Shown piece by piece: positions 9,619-19,800 of a stretch of DNA of 32,000 nt. Each line of letters begins with the position of its first letter. Position 1 is the first letter of the stretch. The position numbers and the translations under genes are program-made. Source of the DNA: Caedibacter taeniospiralis (GTDB lineage Bacteria; Pseudomonadota; Gammaproteobacteria; Francisellales; Francisellaceae); contig NZ_PGGB02000010.1 in the NCBI RefSeq assembly GCF_002803295.2, positions 1-32,000 of the forward strand, written 5' to 3'. The notes beneath the pieces were generated by a model. That model did no database searches. It was not told where the DNA came from and saw only the letters and a program-made list of their open reading frames with translations.

Positions 9619-10839
9619 ATGATTAAATCAACACTTTTGTTTATTTTAGCGGCCCTTTTTTTATTTTTTGAAATGGCACTTCAAGTCTCCCCAGGCATCA
9701 TGACCTATGACTTAATGAAAAGTCTCAATATCGATGTCTTTTGGCTAGGGGTCACCTCTGGGGCTTACTTTATTACTTATACCTTAATGCAGATCCCCGC
9801 AGGTCTTTTTTATGATCGTTTTTCTGCTAGAAGTGTGATTTTGCTCCCGCTTCTTATTTGTATCATCGGGGGCTTTTTATTCGCGCTTGCACCTAACTTT
9901 TATTTAGCCGCCTGTGCACGTATTTTTATGGGCTTTGGTTCAGCCTTTGCCTTTATTGGCGTGCTTGTTGTTGCAAGTCATGTCTATAGCAAACGCTACT
10001 TCACTTTAGTTGCAGGAATCACCCAAATGCTTGCGGCTTTGGGTGCCATGTGTGGCGCACTGCCGCTGATTCCTTTGATCAATCATTTTGGCTGGCGTGC
10101 GACAATGATGATCATCAGTGGCTTGGGATTAATTCTATTCATCGCCATGATTTTTTATTTAAAGCTACCCAACAAACATCTAAGCAACACAGCTGCGACT
10201 AATTCTTGGGTTGCTTTTAAAAGCGTTGCCCAAAAATCACAAACCTGGATGATTGCCATTTACGCCTGCTTACTATGGATGCCGATGTCGGTAGTCGCCT
10301 CGCTGTATGGCATTCCCTTTGTCGAGCAGTACTTTAAGCTTTCCTTTTCATCATCAGCGACAGTCATTACCTTCATGTGGATTGGCATCGCCATTGGCAG
10401 CCCAATCTTTGGATTTTTAGCAGATAAAGCCCACAAACTTAAAGAAACACTGGTTGTGTGTGGCATGCTTGGGGTCATTTCTTTTGCCCTTATTACTTTG
10501 GTCCCAATCAATCAAGCCTTCTTGCTTATTTTGTTATTTTTTATTGCGGGTGCCGCATGCGCGGGTCAAGCGCTAAGCTTTTCCCTTGTTTCACGCAACA
10601 ACAAGCTCGAGCATCGCGCAACAGCAATCGGTTTTAACAATATGGCAGTCGTTATTTCTGGTTTTATCTTCCAGCCACTCATCGGCTATATTATTCGCAC
10701 AAGCCAAAGCACACCTGTAACCGATTACTTGTATGATGGCAACAGCTACCACAAGGGTATGCTGGTCGTGTTACTTGGTTACATTATTGCAACTATAACG
10801 GTTATTTTCTTTATTAGAGGGAAAACTAGCAGCACCTAG
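9619..10839 (+). CDS. MFS transporter
   Basis: 406 aa, about 12 hydrophobic segments, MFS-like motif YDRFSARSV and LADKAHKLKE. Confidence 0.92.
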   Translation: MIKSTLLFILAALFLFFEMALQVSPGIMTYDLMKSLNIDVFWLGVTSGAYFITYTLMQIPAGLFYDRFSARSVILLPLLICIIGGFLFALAPNFYLAACARIFMGFGSAFAFIGVLVVASHVYSKRYFTLVAGITQMLAALGAMCGALPLIPLINHFGWRATMMIISGLGLILFIAMIFYLKLPNKHLSNTAATNSWVAFKSVAQKSQTWMIAIYACLLWMPMSVVASLYGIPFVEQYFKLSFSSSATVITFMWIGIAIGSPIFGFLADKAHKLKETLVVCGMLGVISFALITLVPINQAFLLILLFFIAGAACAGQALSFSLVSRNNKLEHRATAIGFNNMAVVISGFIFQPLIGYIIRTSQSTPVTDYLYDGNSYHKGMLVVLLGYIIATITVIFFIRGKTSST

Positions 10840-11225
10840 ACTCTGCAAAAAGAAATATTATAACTTGTAGCTTGAGGTGCTGGAGCGTTGAAGCTAATCA
10901 ACTTCTGCAGATCACCATAAAGCTCAACAGGTGTCCATGGTTGAGGCTGCCCTACATTAAAGCCAGTTTTATCCAGCCATTGCACTTGATACTGAAACTT
11001 TTGCGTTGAAGATTTCTTATTCTGCACCAACACTTGTCCTTGCAATGTGTCACCTGCTGAAGTTTTTACAACTGGCTGCATTGCCTTTAATTGACCAAAG
11101 CCTGAGCCAAAGCTCTCAGCCGATACCGTATTGGCAGGCAAGGTAATACAGCGACTAGCACATCCGCTTAAGCCCAACACTAAGATCACCAATAACCCAC
11201 TGCACTTTACTGCTTTAATTTCCAT
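10836..11225 (-). CDS. YcfL/DUF1425-family lipoprotein
   Basis: Lipobox LGLSGC; domain VLVQNKKSSTQKFQYQVQWLDKTGFNVGQPQPWTPVELYG. Confidence 0.75.
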   Translation of the reverse strand: MEIKAVKCSGLLVILVLGLSGCASRCITLPANTVSAESFGSGFGQLKAMQPVVKTSAGDTLQGQVLVQNKKSSTQKFQYQVQWLDKTGFNVGQPQPWTPVELYGDLQKLISFNAPAPQATSYNISFCRV

Positions 11226-11268
11226 GTTTTATACCTCATTCTATTTAGTCCAACCACTCAGTCTGACA

Positions 11269-13173
11269 TCAGGACTCAGATAAAAAACTCTTTAGGGTTT
11301 CTGAACGTGATGGATGTCTTAATTTACGCAATGCTTTGGCTTCAATCTGACGAATACGCTCACGTGTTACATCAAACTGCTTACCAACCTCTTCCAAAGT
11401 GTGATCAGTATTCATATCAATGCCAAAACGCATCCGCAAAACTTTTGCCTCACGCTCAGTCAAAGTGCTCAGAATACCTTTGGTAACTTCTTTTAAGCTT
11501 TCACTTGTTGCACTATCCACAGGAGAGTCAGAAACTGAATCTTCAATAAAGTCGCCCAAATTAGAGTCTTCATCGTCACCAATCGGAGTTTCCATTGAAA
11601 TGGGTTCCTTAGCGATCTTCATGATTTTACGAATCTTATCTTCAGACATATCAATATGTTGACTCAACTCTTCAGGAGTTGCCTCCTTGCCCGTTTCTTG
11701 AAGAATCTGGCGCGAGATACGATTTAGCTTATTGATTGTCTCAATCATATGCACAGGAATTCGGATTGTGCGCGCCTGATCAGCAATTGAGCGCGTAATG
11801 GCCTGACGAATCCACCATGTTGCATAGGTTGAAAACTTATAACCGCGCCGATATTCAAACTTGTCAACTGCCTTCATTAACCCGATGTTTCCCTCCTGAA
11901 TCAAATCAAGAAATTGCAAACCTCGGTTGGTGTATTTTTTGGCAATCGAAATCACCAAACGCAAGTTTGCCTCAATCATTTCCTTTTTTGCGCGTCGTGC
12001 TTTTGCTTCACCAACTGAAATACGCTTACTTGCCTCTCTTAGATCATGGATTGACATATCCGCACGATCTTCGATAAGCCCAAGCTTTAATTGAATGGCT
12101 TTAGCATCTTCAACTACATCCACTAACTCTGGATACTTTTCAATACAATCATCTAACCAATTAATATCTGTTTCTCTCCCCTGGAAGTGAGAAACAAAAT
12201 ATTGTTTAGGCATTTTTCCCTTTTCAACACATAAACGCATAATCTTGCGATCATGCCCACGAATTTCTGTCACAAGACCTCGAATGGAGTTGATCATACG
12301 ATTCAATTGCGCACTGGTATATCGCATACTTAAAAACAAGACTGATATTTCGCTTGAAGCATTAACATACGCCTTACTGCCAACGTCCTGATCCAAAAGA
12401 TAATTAAACTTAAGCTCAAGTTCTGCAAATTTTTGGGCAGCAAATTCAGGATCTGGACCTGTGTCCTCTACGGTATCAACTGAAGCACTACCTGCATCCT
12501 CTTCATCCTCAGCAGTATCCTCTGGGGGATTATCCTCTAGAGTGGCTTCTGGGTTATCCAGCATTGAGCCAACATCAGTTCCTGAGGCATCAACTTCATC
12601 GTCTTCATTAAAACCTGAAATGAGATCTGAGAATTTAATGAATTCGTACAAAGGTATTTCTTCCCTTTCTTCATCATCAAGCTGCGTGTGTTCTTCACGT
12701 GCTGCATCCGTCAAATCCTGATAGCGTCCCAGCAAAGACTTAATGACATAGGGGTATTCAGACAGTGCGTTTAACACTTCCTTTGTGCCTTGCTCAATGC
12801 GCTTGGCAATTTCAATTTCTCCTGAGCGTGTCAACAAATCTACCGCACCCATTTCACGCATATACATTCTAACGGGGTCTGTTGTTCGTCCAAAATCCCC
12901 ATCCGAGGATAATGCCTGAACCGCATCCTCATCAGATGTGCTTTCGGATTCAGCCTCCAATAACAACAAATCTTCCACATCAGGCACCGATTCAAATACC
13001 TTTACCCCAACGTCATTGATCATCTGAATTACTTCTTCAATACGCTCAGGATCAGTGATCTCATCAGGCAAATAATCATTGACATCCGCATAGGTTAAAT
13101 AACCCTGCTCACGCCCCAATGCTAATAACTCTTTTATTCGCGACAGTTGCTGTTCTTTTGTTTGATCTGACAT
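11269..13173 (-). CDS. rpoD: RNA polymerase primary sigma factor RpoD (sigma-70)
   Basis: Region 2.3/2.4 [41 protein letters not shown] and region 4 [33 protein letters not shown]. Confidence 0.98.
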   Translation of the reverse strand: MSDQTKEQQLSRIKELLALGREQGYLTYADVNDYLPDEITDPERIEEVIQMINDVGVKVFESVPDVEDLLLLEAESESTSDEDAVQALSSDGDFGRTTDPVRMYMREMGAVDLLTRSGEIEIAKRIEQGTKEVLNALSEYPYVIKSLLGRYQDLTDAAREEHTQLDDEEREEIPLYEFIKFSDLISGFNEDDEVDASGTDVGSMLDNPEATLEDNPPEDTAEDEEDAGSASVDTVEDTGPDPEFAAQKFAELELKFNYLLDQDVGSKAYVNASSEISVLFLSMRYTSAQLNRMINSIRGLVTEIRGHDRKIMRLCVEKGKMPKQYFVSHFQGRETDINWLDDCIEKYPELVDVVEDAKAIQLKLGLIEDRADMSIHDLREASKRISVGEAKARRAKKEMIEANLRLVISIAKKYTNRGLQFLDLIQEGNIGLMKAVDKFEYRRGYKFSTYATWWIRQAITRSIADQARTIRIPVHMIETINKLNRISRQILQETGKEATPEELSQHIDMSEDKIRKIMKIAKEPISMETPIGDDEDSNLGDFIEDSVSDSPVDSATSESLKEVTKGILSTLTEREAKVLRMRFGIDMNTDHTLEEVGKQFDVTRERIRQIEAKALRKLRHPSRSETLKSFLSES

Positions 13174-13415
13174 TAAAATCTCACTTTTACATTTATCTCA
13201 ATATTTGCTTATTTTATCACACCATGATCAAATACTCGGCGGTAACTATATTTCCGCCCATCACCCAGTGTGAGTTGTCAGTGTGACACTGATTACTCAC
13301 TGCTTCCCCATAAACTAATGGCACTACCTTAAGCACTAACTACCCCATAAACCCAGCCAAATGCTTTACGATGGGTATACACACGTACATGATGCGCGAT
13401 GAGCGCGTAGCCCCT

Positions 13416-15203
13416 TCATACCTTGTCTACTTTATGCAAAATTGTCTGCATTCTCTGCTTCTCTGGCGCTGTTAGGATAGATGTTTTTGCTTTTGCTATC
13501 AGGTGTTCTAATTCATTTTGACGTGCCTGCTTCATTATCTTATCTAACATTGCCATTAATTCATCAATAAGTTGTTCTGCTTCAAGCTCAATCTGCAGTT
13601 GTAAAAGCTGGTAGAAATAGGTTTTAAACAACTCATACTTTTCAATCAGCATCTGCACTAGCAAGGCAGAAGACAGCCCGTCATTTTGCCTGATTATATT
13701 CAAAGCATCAAGCAAAATAAAATGCTGTTCGGTGACGCACTCAAACTCTATTTCTATAGCTTGTTGCAACACTACTTTATGCACTTCTTGCGGCATATTC
13801 ATCATGTACGCCAGTGCTCTTTCGACCAGGCTTAGTTTATTTATATTCAACTGCCCGCATTTTGGTAGCATTTTTGATGAAGCATTCCTATCTGTAGACG
13901 CTTTTTGCTTTATCATTCGCTGTAATTGCAATGATGAGATATCTATTGCCTTGGCAAGCTGCTCTATTATCATCAGAGTGTAGGCACTTTCTGGCATGTT
14001 CTTTAAAATGCGTCTGGTTTCCTCTATCAATTGAGCCAGGCTATCCGCGCTGCTTAAATCATATTTGGTCACTAAATTATGGACAAAAAAATCTGCTGCA
14101 CTAAGCGCAGTTTCCAAAGATTTTGTAAAGCCTCCTAAGCCAAACACTTTGATATATGAATCTGGATCATGTTCTTGTGGTAGCAATAGAAAACGTGCTT
14201 TCTTATGTTCATTCAGTAGTGGCAATACCATTTCAAATGCTCGCAAGGCCGCGTTTTGTCCTGCATTATCTCCATCAAAGCACAACACAATCTCTGAGGT
14301 GTGACGAAATAAGGTTTTAATATGAGTTTCAGACAATGCAGTTCCTAAAGTAGCCACAGCCATGGTATATCCATGTTGATAAAGACCGATCACATCCATA
14401 TACCCCTCAACCACCATGATATGTGAAGGGTTTTTGTGTTGCTGTTTTAACTCATATAAGCCATATAACTCGTGACTTTTAAAAAATACGGGTGTCTCTG
14501 GCGAATTTAAGTATTTAGGATTTGCGTCTTTATTGGGTAATACTCGCCCACCAAAACCAATCACAAGTCCTTTACGATTACGAATTGGAAACATTAAACG
14601 CTCACGAAAGCGATCATATACGCGTGTTTTGTCTTTGCAAATAACCAAACCCGCCTGATCTAAAACTTCCAGTGAAAACTGTTTTCTCAACACCTCATAC
14701 AACGCCTGCCACTGATTTGGGGCATAACCCAGCTGAAAATATTTGATCGTTTTTGCTTCCAAGGCGCGCGCTTTTATATAATCAATAACGGCTGCTTTGT
14801 CGATATCATGACGCAAACACCATTGGTAATATTTATTTGCCATTTGCAAGGCTTCATATATCGATTTCGTTAGTTTCTCCTGCGATAAGTCCCTCTTGGC
14901 GTTCTCATAGGGGACTTCAAGCCCTTGCATATACGCCAGCTCTTCAATCGCTTCGACAAAGGTTAAACTATTGTAATCCGACAGGAAATCAATGACATCA
15001 CCCGAAACATGGCAGCCGAAACAGTGGTACATTTGTTTGTCTGGATTTACTGAGAATGAAGGCGTTTTTTCATGATGAAAAGGGCAACACGCCATATAAT
15101 TCTTGCCAGTTTTTTTAAGCGTCACATATTTTGAAACAACTTCAACAATATTTGTGGACGCCACGACCTGACGCACAAAAGTTACGGGAATACTTCCCCT
15201 CAT
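13416..15203 (-). CDS. dnaG: DNA primase DnaG
   Basis: Zinc-binding CPFHHEKTPSFSVNPDKQMYHCFGC and TOPRIM VVEGYMDVIGLYQHG / ILCFDGDNAGQNAA. Confidence 0.97.
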   Translation of the reverse strand: MRGSIPVTFVRQVVASTNIVEVVSKYVTLKKTGKNYMACCPFHHEKTPSFSVNPDKQMYHCFGCHVSGDVIDFLSDYNSLTFVEAIEELAYMQGLEVPYENAKRDLSQEKLTKSIYEALQMANKYYQWCLRHDIDKAAVIDYIKARALEAKTIKYFQLGYAPNQWQALYEVLRKQFSLEVLDQAGLVICKDKTRVYDRFRERLMFPIRNRKGLVIGFGGRVLPNKDANPKYLNSPETPVFFKSHELYGLYELKQQHKNPSHIMVVEGYMDVIGLYQHGYTMAVATLGTALSETHIKTLFRHTSEIVLCFDGDNAGQNAALRAFEMVLPLLNEHKKARFLLLPQEHDPDSYIKVFGLGGFTKSLETALSAADFFVHNLVTKYDLSSADSLAQLIEETRRILKNMPESAYTLMIIEQLAKAIDISSLQLQRMIKQKASTDRNASSKMLPKCGQLNINKLSLVERALAYMMNMPQEVHKVVLQQAIEIEFECVTEQHFILLDALNIIRQNDGLSSALLVQMLIEKYELFKTYFYQLLQLQIELEAEQLIDELMAMLDKIMKQARQNELEHLIAKAKTSILTAPEKQRMQTILHKVDKV

Positions 15204-15212
15204 GACGACCTG

Positions 15213-15659
15213 TTAGGATAACTGTGATTTGATGATTAAACCAACTTTCCCCATATCAGCCCTACCGTTTAGTTCGGCTTTAATGGCACCCATAATTTTA
15301 CCCATGTCTTTAACTGATGACGCGCCCACCTCTAAAATAGCGCGTTGGATAATCCCAATAATTTCATCTTCTGATAAGGGTTTTGGTAAATAAACCTGTA
15401 AAATTTCTATTTCTTCCAGCTCTTTTTGTGCAAGCTCATCTCGACCTGCCCGTTTAAATTGCTCAGCCGAATCCTTCCTTTGCTTGATCATTTTTGTCAG
15501 AATGCCGATAACATCTGCCTCTGTTACTTCGACACGCTCATCAACCTCTTTCTGCTTAAACGCAGCTAACGCCATACGAATAGTCGATAGACGATTTTTG
15601 TCTTTGTTCTTCATTGAGGTCTTCATATCTTCAACAAGACGTATACGTATTTCAGACAT
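15213..15659 (-). CDS. yqeY: GatB/YqeY domain-containing protein
   Basis: 148 aa; LPKPLSEDEIIGIIQRAILEVGASSVKDMGKIMG; located between rpsU and dnaG as in many gammaproteobacteria. Confidence 0.93.
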   Translation of the reverse strand: MSEIRIRLVEDMKTSMKNKDKNRLSTIRMALAAFKQKEVDERVEVTEADVIGILTKMIKQRKDSAEQFKRAGRDELAQKELEEIEILQVYLPKPLSEDEIIGIIQRAILEVGASSVKDMGKIMGAIKAELNGRADMGKVGLIIKSQLS

Positions 15660-15736
15660 TTATTAATCCTAACACTTTGATTTGGTGAGTTTATTTTTTC
15701 ATACACTTAACTACTACTGCAAATTAGGTCTTACCA

Positions 15737-15807
15737 GAATTTCCACCCATTTTTGCAAGGGCGTATACAATACGCCCCTCCGCACCATCTGTCGTGGGCG
15801 GAGATAT
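15737..15807 (+). repeat. 71 bp MITE-like palindromic element, copy 1
   Basis: GAATTTCCACCCATTTTTGCAAGGGCGTATACAATACGCCCCTCCGCACCATCTGTCGTGGGCGGAGATAT; aligns end to end with the reverse complement of 29634..29704; terminal arms resemble each other inverted (TTTCCRCCCAT/GTGGGCGGAGAT). Confidence 0.85.
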
Positions 15808-15843
15808 TATCGTTACCTGCAAATATGGCATCCATAAATGCAA

Positions 15844-15876
15844 CAGCCAACTATACCACAGAAGCATAGCTGGCTG
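15844..15876 (-). terminator. Stem-loop in the rpsU-yqeY interval (possible attenuator or processing site)
   Basis: CAGCCAACTAT (15844-15854) / ATAGCTGGCTG (15866-15876), 10/11 complementary; no clear U-tract, so intrinsic termination is uncertain. Confidence 0.35.
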
Positions 15877-15902
15877 GCTGATTTGCAACAATCTTTTTGG
15901 TT

Positions 15903-16112
15903 CTAGTGGTGAGGCATTGCTGAACCTGAACGCGATTGCTTCATTGAGCGCTTAACCGCTGCTGCTTTCTTGCGTTTGCGCTCCCATGTCGGCTTCTCAT
16001 AAAATTCTCTGCTACGAAGCTCAGAAACAATTCCCGCTTTCTCACAACTACGCTTAAAACGGCGGAGCGCAACATCGAAAGGCTCTGTTTCTCTTACACG
16101 TACTGCTGGCAT
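15903..16112 (-). CDS. rpsU: 30S ribosomal protein S21 (bS21)
   Basis: [55 protein letters not shown]; ORF track adds three upstream codons. Confidence 0.97.
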   Translation of the reverse strand: MPAVRVRETEPFDVALRRFKRSCEKAGIVSELRSREFYEKPTWERKRKKAAAVKRSMKQSRSGSAMPHH

Positions 16113-16385
16113 ATATCTCACCTCGCTTAAATGCCATTAAAACATCAACAACTCTATTTGTAAGGTCTAAATAAACAGGCTTACCTGCCACTTTAGTCCT
16201 AAAAATCAAACGCGCCAAGTCTACAAACTTTCCCTCCAAAAAGCAAATGCGTTTTGCTGAAATTTGCTCCAAAAATAATAGGCTTGGCAGGATTCCCACT
16301 CATAAATCTGTTGCAGCTTTTGATTAGGTAGCACATAATGCTGACGGCAATGACCATGTCATGGTCTTTGACTCTCTTGTGTTAA

Positions 16386-16853
16386 TTGGCGAAGTGGCTA
16401 AATATTATGATCCAAAGCGAAACTAAAAATCAGCTCATCATCGCAGATGAGCATGCGATGCTTGAACTTGGTAAAAAAATCAGCAAATCTCTCAAAAAAG
16501 GCGGTGTTATCTATCTTTATGGAGATCTAGGCGCTGGCAAAACTACACTTACCAAAGGTATTTTACAAGGTTTTGGGTTTACAGGGAGTGTCAAAAGCCC
16601 TACTTACACACTGATTGAAACTTATCCGATTAATGGCACCATCTTGCAGCACTTTGATTTGTATCGGTTAAGTGATCCAGAGGAGCTTGAATGGATTGGC
16701 ATTCGTGACTACTTCAACGGCGACAGCATTTCGCTGATTGAGTGGCCACAAAAGGGTGGCGACTTTCTGCCCCCCCCCACCAGGGAAATTCACATTGCGT
16801 ACACAGGTACAGGTCGTTCTGTCACCATACTACCTCTTGGGCTGACATTTTAA
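16386..16853 (+). CDS. tsaE: tRNA threonylcarbamoyladenosine biosynthesis ATPase TsaE
   Basis: Walker A GDLGAGKTTLTKG, VKSPTYTLIETY, HFDLYRLSDPEELEWIG, SLIEWPQKGG; the true start may be at 16407 (MIQSETKNQ). Confidence 0.94.
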   Translation: MAKWLNIMIQSETKNQLIIADEHAMLELGKKISKSLKKGGVIYLYGDLGAGKTTLTKGILQGFGFTGSVKSPTYTLIETYPINGTILQHFDLYRLSDPEELEWIGIRDYFNGDSISLIEWPQKGGDFLPPPTREIHIAYTGTGRSVTILPLGLTF

Positions 16854-16869
16854 AAACCAGATCATCGAT

Positions 16870-19800
16870 TTACAAGAGGTGAATATAGGGGATCAATGGG
16901 AAATACAAGGATACCTTGATGTGTGTCTTGTTTATTTGAAGATGTGTTGCCAGTAAGGTTTGATAGGTCTTTAGCTGTTCGCTGTAGTGAGTCTCTTGCA
17001 CTTTAAGAAAATCTTCTAATGTCTCTCCGAAGGCAGGTGATGTAAATTTGTAGTCCACAATATGGTACTGGTTATTGTCAACAATGATTCTATCGGCAAT
17101 ATTTTTCTTCAGTTTGCCAAAGTTTAAACTTAGCATCATTTGTTCACTCATGCCCGTGGCAGAAAATATCCAGGGATAATGCTGTTGTGTGTATTCAACA
17201 GCGAGCCTGGCGTCGTTTAGAGCTTTAATTTTAAGCGTACCTGAAAGCGCATATTCATGGGCACAGAGTGAGAAATATGCTTGCCAGTCACCGATGTGAT
17301 CAGGATTACGGCATAGATAGTTAAATAATTGGTGAAGCACTGATCCCATCTGGCGATCTTCACTTACTATCAACTCATTCATATCAGGATGATTAAGCTC
17401 ATCTTGCAACATCATGGAAGGGAAGATGTCTGTCAAGGAAATGGAGTAGTGACTCACTTGTTTGATGGGTTTATAGCAGGCGAGTCTTTCTACCTTATCT
17501 TGTAATAATTGCTGAGATTGAGTTTCATGTGGCGCAGTCTTCCAGGGAAAGTTTAAAGGTTGAAGTAATGCAAGTAGACTATTGTTTTTAGCAGTGAGCT
17601 GATCGCTGTTATTTTCAGTAATCGCGGTAAGAAGAAGCTTTGATTTTGCGCGTGTGACCGCTACGTAGAGAAGGCGCTGCTGTTCATAGGCAGCACGCTT
17701 CTTTTGCATATTTTGAATGACTTGATAAAGGGCGGGGGCTGATTTATCCCAGCTGTGTTTGATAGGACTCAATAACAAATGTATCTTGTGATCATTTAAG
17801 CGCACGCTTTCGTGTAGAAATAATGGGTTTTCATCGCCTTTGCTGCCCTTATCCAGCTGCGGGAGAATCACAAAATCAAACTCAAGCCCCTTGGCCTTAT
17901 GAATGGTCATAATAGAAACCTGGGCTTGTGAGGGGATACTGATATATTTTCGTTTCAAGGTATCAATTAAACGATCCATATTGGCAATCGAAGTCTTATC
18001 AGGAGTTAAATGCCCATCTAGCAAAGCCAAAAAGCTGGTGTACAGGCTTTTTTGCGCGCCATGAATATTCATTCCATCCAGCCTTTGCCATAAGATGCTT
18101 AAGCGGTCAATTAATGATCCACGCAAACTGGTAAACGGCATATTCATTAGCCACTGTAAAAAATGATGGGCTTTTTGTTGGTGAGCATGAGTCTGATGAT
18201 GACAAAGATAAGTCAGGAGTTGCTGGCAAAATGAAATATCCTCCCGCCCGCACATGGATATTTTTTTAACCGAAGTTTCGCACTTTTGCAAATTTACACG
18301 TTTAAGAAACACCCCGTCAGCCTGCGGCTGCCACCCCTCTACAAGAGGGGAATCTTTTGATGGCTTTCTATCAAATTCCCCTTCATTTGTGAAGGGGTGG
18401 ACGCAAAGCGGACGGGGTAGTTCAGCAAGCAGTGCATAATCCGAGCTTTTTATGCGATTCAATTCATTTAAACTAAATCCAAATAAGGATGATTGTAATA
18501 AGCTTATCCAGTAAATCTCTTGTTCAGGATTAGTTAAAATCGCCGCAAGAGAGACAAGATCCATAACCATTGGCTGGTGATAAAAAGGCTCAATCTCGTT
18601 TTCAACGAGTCTGATTTGATGCGCTTTTAGAATGGGGATCATCGTTTTAAGCTGTGTTCGTGTACGCACCAAGATAGCGATATGATGCTTGGAGTGCTCT
18701 TGCAGATAATGTTTAATCTTATGAGCGATATAATGCGCCTCGTCTTGAGCGTCACTAAAGAGTGAAAAACTTACTGCTTCTTGATTATCAGTTTCAGACA
18801 GTGTGCTTGCGTAAGCATAACTAATACCTCCATAGTTCATATCATCTTCAGCAGGAAAAATCTGACTGAAGCTTTTATTCACCCAATCAACGATGCTTTT
18901 TTGCGAACGAAAATTACAATGAAGTTGCAAAAATTTGGGTTTAATTTGGTTAATACCTTGAGATTTAACTTCTAAAAACTGATTCACTTCCGCTTGACGA
19001 AAGCGGTAAATAGATTGCATAGGGTCTCCGACAACAAACAGTGTTTTACCATCGTCAGACTGCCATTCCAAAGTTAGCATTTGCAGTAATTTAAATTGTA
19101 AAATTGAGGTATCCTGGAACTCATCAATGAGTAAATGCCTGATCTGATGATCCAGATAAAGCATAAGCTCTGTTGGACTGTCTTCATTACCTAATGCCGA
19201 CAAAGCCTGGAGTGATACTTCATTAAAATCAAGCAAGCCCTGCTGTTTGAAAACAAGCTTAAGATATTGCACTAAACGCAAGCTGATTTGAGTGATCGCC
19301 TTGAGTATTTGCCACTCGTTATCATCAAAGATAAGCTTTTCATAGAGTACAAGCTCAGAAATAACCGCATAAATCCTGAGCTTGTCTTTATCGCTAAACT
19401 GTTCAATGTAGGTAAGGAGCCATTTTTTATGTGCCTCGGCAGTTGGGTCTTTGGCGGGCAGTCCCTGTCTGGCATTAAAAGTCTTTCGAAACTGAAGCTC
19501 ACTTGTAAACAGTAGCTGAATGAGTCGTTGCCAAAAATAAGGATGATTGCGGTTATCCTCAAACGATTGAATTAAATTTTCATCAGTGGACTGATTAGAG
19601 TCTTGATGATCACAAAATGCAATAATCTGCCCAAGCCTTTCACTATAAGTCTTTTGGTCCAAACAAAGCAGATGCGTGGCTTTCTGGCATAATGCTCTAA
19701 AAAGCGCCAAAAAGCCTGATTCAATCGTTGACCTGGTATTAGTATCCTTTTGGTAAAGGAGTTCGGATTGCAATAAAACCGGTAGCCACTGTTCACGAGT

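Noticed and set aside
12461-12721. ORF 12461..12721 (+), serine-rich
   Set aside because: It is the antisense reading of the acidic low-complexity region of rpoD.
16054-16299. ORF 16054..16299 (-)
   Set aside because: It overlaps the rpsU start in another frame and has no family signature.
18254-18439. ORF 18254..18439 (+)
   Set aside because: It is the antisense reading of the palindromic repeat in the AddA-like gene; not supported as a gene.
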